From Gemmatimonadota bacterium (GTDB lineage Bacteria; Latescibacterota; UBA2968; UBA8231), in the NCBI GenBank assembly GCA_038153405.1, contig JAYOYH010000007.1, forward strand, positions 43,096 through 107,095: a stretch of 64,000 nt of DNA. Reading direction: 5' to 3'. The position numbers and the translations under genes are program-made. Below, one piece after another: positions 46,345 through 55,100 of the stretch (its first letter is position 1; every line of letters starts with the position of its first letter). The notes beneath the pieces are model-generated. The model saw only the letters and a list, made by a program, of their open reading frames with translations. It was not told the DNA's origin and did no database searches.

Positions 46345-47985
46345 ATGTCGTCTTTGTCGCTCGCCCTATGTGGGCTGCTGATGGCCTGTGGCGGCGAGAA
46401 GCCGGCGCCCACACTGCTGGCACGAGTAGGCGATAAGTCCATCCATATCGACGATCTCATTGCTTTTGAGCGCGCCATTGAAAGCGGAGATTCGCTGAGC
46501 GCAGAGGCGCATCGCCAGCACCTTAATACGCTCGTCGATCGCGAAGTGCTGATCTTGGAAGCGCGAGCCCAAGGCTTGGAGACCGATGCCTATTTTCAGC
46601 AGGTACTGGCTGGTGATATTGAAACTAAACTAGCCGAAATGATGTTTAATCAGGAGGTGGCCGAGCGCTCTGAACCGACGCCGGAAGAAATTGAGGCGGC
46701 CTATGCCACCGGTGATTGGAAGCAGCAGGTCGTAAGCGTTGAGCTGTTCTTGCCCGACGAGGAAACGGCGCTTAGGGTGCGCGCGGAAATTCTCAATGGA
46801 ATGGACATCTTCGAGGCCGGTCGACTCTATTCGGTTGACCGCCTAATGCACATTCCGATGGGCGGTGCTCAGCAGTTTGTCTATTCCAAACAGGATGGAC
46901 CGGCCGAAGTCGTTCAGCGCGTTTTTCAGATTCCCGCCGGTAGTATTTCATCGCCTATACCGCTATTTAATGGCTTTGTCCTAGCCTACGTCGCCGAGTA
47001 CCGCGACGTCCAGCGTGCGGAGGTCGCCGACGAATTGGCCCGCTATGTTCGCAAGGAAAAGCGTCGCTTGCTGCGGGGGGCCTATTTGCAGCATTTGAAC
47101 AAAGCGCTCAATCTGCAGTTTTCATCGACCGGTTTAGAGCGCGCTGTTGCCCATTTGTCGCAGCTGAAAGCGGACGATTCGACGCCGCTGCCGGCCGACT
47201 CCAATGCGGTGGTCTATTCGTACGGTGACGCGTCTGCCGACCTGGGGACCGTTGTGGGATTGATGCAGGGTCCGGCGCGGCGCTGGCCCGAAATAAATTC
47301 GGAAAATATCGTCGCCGAAATAAAGAATACCGTATTGCCGAATCTGCTAATGGCCGCCAATGCGCGCGAACGCGATATCGATTCCTCGCCCGAGTTCCTC
47401 GCCTGGAAGAGCTGGCGCAGCGAGGATTTGCTCCTTTCGCTGCTGCGCAAAACCGTTTGCTCCGGCATCGAGGTGTCAGAAGATGAGGTGGTCTCGCACT
47501 ATCGGAAAGTGAGGCGGCGCTTTCGCATTCCCGGCTATGCCCGAGTGCGCGATGTGCTGGTGGCAACGCGGGAGGAAGCTGTTGCGCTCAAAGAGGCCGT
47601 TGAAAATGGAGCCGACTTTGCCCAGATCATTGAGGAGCATTCCCTGCGCAAGGGCAGCAAAAAAGGCGTGTTTCGCGTCTTTGCCCTACAGGCCAATAAA
47701 TATGGCAGCGGGTGGATGAACTACGCGTTTAACGTCCCTATCGGACAGCTTGAGGGGCCCGTGCAGGCCGAAGGGGGATTTTCCCTATTGGAAGTAGTCG
47801 AACGGGTCGATGATGCCTATTATTCCCTCGACGAGTCTAGGGTGCGCTCGGCGGTCACGCGCGATATGCAAAAAATAAAAGAACGCAGCGCGTTTAATGA
47901 ATTTGTAAGGGACGTGCGCGCAAGGCGCGCTGAGCAAATTACCCTATACCAAGATCATCTGGCAGCTGTTTGGGAGCGCCCGTAG
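46345..47985 (+). CDS. SurA/PpiD/PrsA-like periplasmic chaperone lipoprotein with a parvulin-type PPIase domain
   Basis: The signal ends LLMACGG (lipobox). The parvulin domain RVRDVLVATREEAVALKEAVENGADFAQIIEEHS..KG.....F..G.M...F....F....G.L.GPV....GF.LLEV is typical of PpiC/SurA. Confidence 0.75.
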   Translation: MSSLSLALCGLLMACGGEKPAPTLLARVGDKSIHIDDLIAFERAIESGDSLSAEAHRQHLNTLVDREVLILEARAQGLETDAYFQQVLAGDIETKLAEMMFNQEVAERSEPTPEEIEAAYATGDWKQQVVSVELFLPDEETALRVRAEILNGMDIFEAGRLYSVDRLMHIPMGGAQQFVYSKQDGPAEVVQRVFQIPAGSISSPIPLFNGFVLAYVAEYRDVQRAEVADELARYVRKEKRRLLRGAYLQHLNKALNLQFSSTGLERAVAHLSQLKADDSTPLPADSNAVVYSYGDASADLGTVVGLMQGPARRWPEINSENIVAEIKNTVLPNLLMAANARERDIDSSPEFLAWKSWRSEDLLLSLLRKTVCSGIEVSEDEVVSHYRKVRRRFRIPGYARVRDVLVATREEAVALKEAVENGADFAQIIEEHSLRKGSKKGVFRVFALQANKYGSGWMNYAFNVPIGQLEGPVQAEGGFSLLEVVERVDDAYYSLDESRVRSAVTRDMQKIKERSAFNEFVRDVRARRAEQITLYQDHLAAVWERP

Positions 47986-48104
47986 CGCGGGTCTCGACGG
48001 GGGAGTATTTTCCCACGTCGAGCGGTCTCCATTAGAGTGAGCATGCCGGGCGGCTCAACGCTACCGGAGTTGAGTGGGTTCATAGGCTTCTCCTATCAAG
48101 GGAA

Positions 48105-50105
48105 ATGGATCTGAACGTGGCCGATGCAAGAGGGCAGGAGCGCTTCGAAATAATGCCCGAAGACGCGCCGTTTGAGCCAGGGTTTAATATCAAGACGCTC
48201 TGGGCGGCGCTCTTTGTCGGATTCGTTATGTTGCCGGGGGCTATTTACCTCGGATTGGTGACCGGGCAGAGTATGGCCGGCGGCGCCGAGTGGGTGACGC
48301 TCATTCTCTTTATCGAGATTGCCAAGCGCACCTTTGTCCGCCTGCGCACACAAGAGATTATTATTCTCTACTGGGTGGCCGGTGGCTTGGTGCTGATGGG
48401 GGGGAAGCTAGGCACGGGGGCCGACCTGTTTGGCGGTCCGTTTGGCGTGCTCATTTGGGATCAGTATTTAATTCAATCCCCCCAGGCCAATGGCTTGGCC
48501 GAGCACATTCCGGATTGGGTCGTGCCGCCGCGCGGATCGGAAGCGCTGCTCGAGCGCAGCTTTCTGCACGCGGCCTGGATCAAGCCGATTTTCATATTGC
48601 TCGTAGCGGTGGTACTACAGCGGATCAATGCCCTCTCGCTAGGCTATGCGCTCTTTCGCATAACCCACGATATAGAGCGCTTGCCCTATCCCATGGCCTA
48701 TGTGCAGGCTGGGGGAGCTACCGCTCTTGCAGAAACCTCATCGCAAAAAGAAGGTTGGCGCTGGCACGTATTCAGCACGGGTACTTTTATCGGGGCGGTC
48801 TGGGGTCTGTTGTATGTCGTGGTGCCAACGCTGTCTTCTGTATTTCTCACGGAGACGGTTTCCGTTCTGCCCATTCCCTTTATTGATTTCACGGTGCCCA
48901 TGAAGTCGGTGCTGCCGGCTGCAGTAATCGGTTTGGCTACCGATCTCATTCACGTGCTCATTGGATTGGTGCTGCCCTTTTGGGTTGTCGTGGGCGTATT
49001 TTCATCGTCTATTCTAGCCAATCTGGTGGCCAACCCGCTGCTCTATGCCAGTGGGGTATTGCACACCTGGGAACCGGGTATGTCGGCTATTCCGACGATG
49101 ATCGCCAATTCGTTCGACTTTTGGCTGAGCTTCTCCATTGGGGGGGCTATCGTCGTGGCATTGGTCGGTTTTACCACGGCATTTATTTCGCTGCGCGCGG
49201 CACAGCGCTCCGTGGCGCAGCCATCTGATCGAGGCGGTCCCAGCCCCGAGCGCGGCGATATACGCATCGTCTATGCATTGGGTATCTGGGCGTTGAGCAC
49301 GCTGGCCTTTGTTGGGATGGTTTACTATCTGGTGCCCCAATTCCCCTGGTGGATAACTGCCTTTTTTGGCTTTGTGTGGACCCCTATTTACTCCTATATC
49401 GGCGCGCGCATGGTCGGTTTAACTGGCAGCCCACAGGGGGTGACTTTTCCCTACCTGCGCGAGGCGAGCTTCTATCTTTCGGGTTATCAGGGCGCGGGGA
49501 TTTGGTTTGCTCCCGTACCGATCTTCCAGTGGGGGTATGAGGCGCAGACCTTTAAGCAACTCGAGTTAACGCGCACTCGCTTCGGTTCGCTAATAAAAAT
49601 GACGGCCCTGACCCTCTTGGTCATGTTCGTCTGCTCGTTTTTGTTTTGGTCGCTCATTTGGAAATTGGGACCGATTCCCTCGTCGGCCTATCCCTATGTG
49701 CAAAAGCTCTGGCCCTTTCACGCGACGATGCAGGCTTTTTGGGTCAAATCGACGCTGCCAGGTGCCAGTTCGAACCTGCTGACGCAGATCATTCGCTGGG
49801 ACTATATCGGCATCGGGTTGCTCTTCAGCAGCGTGCTCTACGCCGCCCTCCACGTGCTGCACGCGCCGATGGCTATTTTCTACGGTTTTGTCGCTGGGCT
49901 CGGACAGTGGCCGCACTTTGTGATCTTAAATTTTATTGGAGCCATGCTCGGGCGCTTTTACCTGCAAAAGCGCTTTGGCGAGGAACGCTGGCGGGCCTAT
50001 GCGCCGATTTTGCTGGCCGGCTATTCCTGTGGGGTGGGACTCATTGGCATGAGTTCGATTGCCATTGCCCTGATTTCCAAAGCCGTTTCACAGGTCGTCT
50101 TTTAG
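48105..50105 (+). CDS. Large polytopic membrane protein (666 aa), uncharacterised family
   Basis: At least 12 hydrophobic helices, rich in W/Y/G, with no transporter signature recognised by eye. It is encoded immediately upstream of a related-looking 634-aa membrane protein. Confidence 0.6.
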   Translation: MDLNVADARGQERFEIMPEDAPFEPGFNIKTLWAALFVGFVMLPGAIYLGLVTGQSMAGGAEWVTLILFIEIAKRTFVRLRTQEIIILYWVAGGLVLMGGKLGTGADLFGGPFGVLIWDQYLIQSPQANGLAEHIPDWVVPPRGSEALLERSFLHAAWIKPIFILLVAVVLQRINALSLGYALFRITHDIERLPYPMAYVQAGGATALAETSSQKEGWRWHVFSTGTFIGAVWGLLYVVVPTLSSVFLTETVSVLPIPFIDFTVPMKSVLPAAVIGLATDLIHVLIGLVLPFWVVVGVFSSSILANLVANPLLYASGVLHTWEPGMSAIPTMIANSFDFWLSFSIGGAIVVALVGFTTAFISLRAAQRSVAQPSDRGGPSPERGDIRIVYALGIWALSTLAFVGMVYYLVPQFPWWITAFFGFVWTPIYSYIGARMVGLTGSPQGVTFPYLREASFYLSGYQGAGIWFAPVPIFQWGYEAQTFKQLELTRTRFGSLIKMTALTLLVMFVCSFLFWSLIWKLGPIPSSAYPYVQKLWPFHATMQAFWVKSTLPGASSNLLTQIIRWDYIGIGLLFSSVLYAALHVLHAPMAIFYGFVAGLGQWPHFVILNFIGAMLGRFYLQKRFGEERWRAYAPILLAGYSCGVGLIGMSSIAIALISKAVSQVVF

Positions 50106-50228
50106 CCCGATTATAGATCGTTATTTATTCGCTGTTTCCACGGCAATACGCCGCTCCACCGATCCCCTTGAGATGCGTTAATGGATGTGAAATGCGAGCC
50201 ATGCTGCGCACCATTTTGACGAACCGCC

Positions 50229-52133
50229 ATGACCTATAGATCGTTCATATTGGGCACCTTGGTGGTGCTGGCTGTGGTCTGCGGGGCGCCCTATGCCATC
50301 TGGATGGTGCGCTCGTCGGAAATCACGTGGTCCTATTTTCCCACCAGCGTTGGCTTTTGCTTTGTCGTCCTCTTTTTGCTCAATGCACTCATACAGAAGG
50401 TGAGCGGTCGGTCTTTTCTACAGCCAAGTGAGTGGGCGATTGTCGTGATTATGGGTTTGGCGGCCACGGGTATACCGACCTTTATCGTCGGCACGCTATT
50501 GGCCATTATTTCCAGTCCATACTACGGGGCAACGCCCGAAAATGACTGGGAGGGCAATATTCACGCTTTCCTCCCCGACTGGCTGGTGCCTAGCCCCGAA
50601 GGCGGAGCCATGCGCCATTTCTACGAGGGGCTGCCCGCCGGCCAGGAGGTGCCCTTTGACGTCTGGATGGGGCCGCTGTTCTGGTGGCTGAGTCTTATTT
50701 TTTCCATCTACTTTATCTGCTTTTGCATGGTCGTGCTGTTTCGAAGGCAGTGGGTTGAAAACGAGCGCTTGGTCTTTCCGCTGATGGAAATGCCGCGCCT
50801 ATTGGTCGACGAAGATGGTCGTCATCTGCTGCGTTCTAAGCTATTCTGGGCCGGGTGTGCTGTGCCCCTGTCTATGATGCTGTTTAACGTGGTGGGTTAT
50901 TTCTACATTGGGTTTCCGCAAATAAACTTTCACCACCCCGTTACGATCGAGTTGAGTCGCGATTTTCCCGCACTCTCGCTCATGCTCTACTTTCCCGTCA
51001 TCGGTTTTATGTATTTGGTGAGCACCTCCGTTTCGCTCAGCATCGTCGTCTTTTACCTAATCGCTGTTCTGCAGGAGGGGATTACCAATCGCATTGGCTA
51101 CGACGTGACGCGCCCCGATGCCTGTGTCTGGGGCATGCAGTCGCTTTCCTGGCAGGCGTGGGGCGGATTTACGGCGATGGTGCTGATCAGTTTGTGGATG
51201 GCTCGGCGACATCTGGGCGCTGTCGCTGGCCAGGTCTTTGCCGGGCAAAGGACCGTGGACGATAGCGAGGAGATGATTTCCTACCGCACAGCGGTTTACG
51301 GTTTCCTCTTGGGGTTGCTCTACGTGGTGGGCTGGCTGTGGAAATCCGGTATGGATCTGCACGTCGCCCTGCTCTTTATCGGCGCCGTATTGATCGCCTA
51401 TTACGGCGTTACCCGCCTGGTTATCCAGGCCGGCATTTACTTTCTGACCCCCCCAGTGGGTGCCCAAGCATTTGCCCTAGCCATAACCGGCACGAGCATT
51501 GGCGGTCACAACTTGGTTGCTCTGGGGCTCTCCTACGCCTGGTTTGGCGACGTGCAGTCGCTCTTTATGCCGGCGGCTGCGCACGGGGCGCGCCTAGCCG
51601 AAATTTATCGCGTGCGTCGCGGTATGGCTTGGGCGCTGGGGGCGGCCGTGCTGATCGGTTTTGTCGCCAATATCTACTTTGTCCTGACGCTGTGCTACAA
51701 GTTTGGCGCGGGCAATTTTGGCTCCTGGTACTTTGTTGCCGGGGGCGGAGCAGGAGGCATGGCTTTTAACGGAGTCATTCGCCATTTTAACGATCCCTGG
51801 CCGATGGATGTAAACAAGCTTAGCTACTTTGCCATTGGAGCATGTGCCTACGCGCTGCTGGCATTTTGTCAATATCGCTTTTACTGGTGGCCACTGTCGC
51901 CCGTAGGGATTGCCGTCGCACCACTGTGGATGACGCGTCTGATCGTGTTTTCGGTCTTTTTGGCTTGGGTGAGCAAGAGTGCCATTATGCGCTATGGGGG
52001 GATTAGCGCCTACCGCACGGCGCGGCCATTTTTCATGGGGCTGATCGCGGGTTATTTTCTCGGCGTCGGCATTTCCTACTGCATAGATGCCATTTGGTTT
52101 ATGGGGGACGGACACGTTTATTTTCACGGCTAG
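50229..52133 (+). CDS. Large polytopic membrane protein (634 aa), paralog of 60796..62802
   Basis: It shares extended blocks with the 60796..62802 product: GAPYAIW..SSEITWS(Y/F)FP..VGF.FV, MGL..TGIP.F..G, W..P.FWWLS.I...Y..CFC.VV..R.QWVE.ERL..PLME.P, FLAWV.KS.IMR.GGI. Confidence 0.7.
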   Translation: MTYRSFILGTLVVLAVVCGAPYAIWMVRSSEITWSYFPTSVGFCFVVLFLLNALIQKVSGRSFLQPSEWAIVVIMGLAATGIPTFIVGTLLAIISSPYYGATPENDWEGNIHAFLPDWLVPSPEGGAMRHFYEGLPAGQEVPFDVWMGPLFWWLSLIFSIYFICFCMVVLFRRQWVENERLVFPLMEMPRLLVDEDGRHLLRSKLFWAGCAVPLSMMLFNVVGYFYIGFPQINFHHPVTIELSRDFPALSLMLYFPVIGFMYLVSTSVSLSIVVFYLIAVLQEGITNRIGYDVTRPDACVWGMQSLSWQAWGGFTAMVLISLWMARRHLGAVAGQVFAGQRTVDDSEEMISYRTAVYGFLLGLLYVVGWLWKSGMDLHVALLFIGAVLIAYYGVTRLVIQAGIYFLTPPVGAQAFALAITGTSIGGHNLVALGLSYAWFGDVQSLFMPAAAHGARLAEIYRVRRGMAWALGAAVLIGFVANIYFVLTLCYKFGAGNFGSWYFVAGGGAGGMAFNGVIRHFNDPWPMDVNKLSYFAIGACAYALLAFCQYRFYWWPLSPVGIAVAPLWMTRLIVFSVFLAWVSKSAIMRYGGISAYRTARPFFMGLIAGYFLGVGISYCIDAIWFMGDGHVYFHG

Positions 52134-52190
52134 TGCGCCGTAGCTGTTGGGGCTATGGTCCCGAATGGGAAGGTTTCGAGGGAGTTGGCT

Positions 52191-55100
52191 ATGAAGAAAT
52201 TGCTCAGTGGAGCGGTCCTGGTCTTTGCGCTGGGAATGGTGCTGGCGCTGGCCGTTGGCGATCCGCAGCGGATCAATACGCGAGTAAATGCCTTTTTCGG
52301 CTGGGAGCCAACGCCTCCACGGGCCGAGCGCCTAGTGGGCGAAGAGGAGGCTGGGGCCCTGCGCGCGCTGGTATCGGGCATTCGCCGTCAGGATGTGGCT
52401 GCCGAGATTGAGCATTTTGCCGCTATGGGATCCCGCGTTACGGGCTATCCGGGTGAGCGCCGTGCCTATGAGTATATTCGCGACCGTTTTGCCGAATTGG
52501 GGTTAGATGATGTCCGCAGCGAGGCCTTTTCAGTCACAGTGCCCATTGACAAGGGAGGGCAATTGCACCTTCCCAACGGTCAGGTAAAAGAGCTCTACAG
52601 CCTGTGGCCCAACGGCGTGCGCACGCCTTCGCTGCCGGCTGGCGGCATACGAGGGCCGCTGGTATATGGCGGCAAGGGAACGCTGGAAGAGGTGGACGGT
52701 AAGGTGCTAGACGGCGCGATCGTCTTACTCGATTTCGACGGTGGGCAAAACTACTTGAACCTGGCCACGCTGGGAGTTCGAGCGGTCGTCTTCTTCGACA
52801 ACGGCGGCGTCAATCGCGAGCAGGCCGCCGACAAATTTCTCAAGGTCTCGGTCGACGTCCCGCGGTTTTGGATCGAGCGCCAAGATGCATTGGCGTTGGT
52901 AGACGAGCTGCAGCGCAATTCGGTGCAGGTTCGGGTCGAGGCGCAAATGGATTGGGAGGCGGTGGAGGCCCGCAATATCTACGGTTGGCTACCCGGCTCC
53001 GAGGCCATGATGCCGCCCAAAAGTCGCGAAGGCGATCAGGCGTGGAGGGAACAGGTCATCGTCGTGCAGGCCTATTACGATGCGATGTCGGTGGTCCCTG
53101 CTAGGGCGCCTGGGGCGGAAAATGCCGCCGGCATTGTCGCCCTGCTCAAACTGGCCGAAACGCTTAGGGAACAGCGACCGCAATACTCGGTGTTATTCTT
53201 GGCGACATCGGGGCATTTTCAGGGGCTGGAAGGCATCAACGACTTCCTCTATCGGCACAGTCGCGGCAGCGAGTATTTTCGCGAGCGCATGGCCGATGCC
53301 GAGCGCATAGACTTCGACCTAATGCTCTCGCTCGACCTATCGAGCCACGGCCAGCGCAGTGCTTCCTTTGGCATGGGGACCTTCTACAACCCCGAGTGGC
53401 AGACCGACAACTACGTCAAATACATGCTCACCCCTTATTCCAAGCGCTTAAGTCAGGCCATCGAAGAGATTTTTGCCGATTCCACGCGCCACTACGAGGG
53501 GATCGCGCCCCCCAAGCGCACGTGGAAAAATTTCATGCCTATTCCGCTGGCCTTTGCCAGCGAGGCGGCCGCCTTTGTCGGGCAAAAGGCCCTGGCGCTG
53601 GCCACGGCCAACGATGCGCGCAGAGCGGTCGACACGCCCCTCGACGTGCCCGAAGCAATGAATCTGGACAATCTCACCCGGCAGATCCGCACGCTGGCCG
53701 CTATGCTGGCATGGGCCGGGCGCGATGCCGAATTGCTCAAGCCGGGCAAGTTGGAACTGGAAGACTATGGGCACAGCCTAGCCGGGTCCATTTACTGGTT
53801 TGATCGGGACGTAAACTTTGCCGTGCCCAAATCGCCGGTGGCCGGTGCACTGGTGACCTACCAGCAGCAGGGGCCCAATTCGGTGGCCGGCGTGCGCACG
53901 CTCATGGTGCGCAAGGCCGACGACGAAGGGCGATTTCGCTTTGATATCATGCGCAATCGCTACGAAAATACCATCAAGGCCTACGAAATTGATGCGCGCG
54001 GTCAGATCGTTTCTGCGCCCGATATGGGGCAGGAAGGGGACGAGACCTATCCTATGGCTCACCCCTGGGGTTGGTGGGAAAATGAAATGCTGCAGGTCCT
54101 CTTTAAATGCCGCGCGCTGAGTCTGTTTGAAACGGTCGACTCGCGCTACCTATCGGTGCTCGATCACGTAACGGTACTCGACGATCGCGACGGTGTGCCG
54201 CAGTCGTGGGGGGCCGACTACGTCGAGCGCCAGAGCAACGAAGAGGGTAAGGTCACGCTGGCTTCCGTCGTCTACGCTCAGCCGGGCACGCGGGTCAAGG
54301 TGCTGATGAGCACCAGTCTGTTTGGCGTGCGCTACTTGCTCAGCGGTGCCCCCGATGCGCTCCTAGAAAACCCCGTTCAGCCGGAAGAAGTCGACGAGGG
54401 AGTGCTAAAGCGCGCGTTGGGCAATGGCTATCCCATCGACGCCGGCACCGTGCTGCGGCCGAGTTATGCAGCGGCGCGCGATATGTGGACGCTCGACGAC
54501 GCGCGCATCAAGCAGTTGGCCCGCTACGGGGTGCGCAACGACAAGTTTATGCGTCTGCACGAGGAGGCGCGCGCCGCGCTGATGGCGGCGCGCGAGCACC
54601 TCGATGCACTTCGCTACAGCCAGTACAAGGCCAGCACGCGGGAAGCGTGGGGCTTAGAGGGGCGAGGGTATCCAGATATCAAAGCAACGGCCGATGATAC
54701 CGTATACGGCGTGATTTTTTACTTTGCTCTGCTGCTGCCTTTCTCCTTTTGCTGCGAGCGGCTCTTTTTCGGCTTTGCCGACGTGCGCAGGCAGATGCTG
54801 GGCGCGGCGCTATTCTTTCTCGGCATCTTCCTCCTCATGCGCTTTATCCACCCGGCGTTTAAGTTGTCGTCATCGCCCTATATCATTTTCTTGGCCTTTG
54901 TAATTTTTGCCATTGGCGGCACGGCGCTCATGATGATTCTCGGCCGCTTTACGCGCGAGGTCAGCCAGCGCAAGCGCGCATCGGCCGGCGTACACGAGAC
55001 CGATATCGGCCGCATTAGCGCAACGGCAGCGGCGGTTGCACTGGGCATTTCGAACCTGCGCAAGCGCAAAGTCCGCACCCTACTAACCGTTGTCACATTA

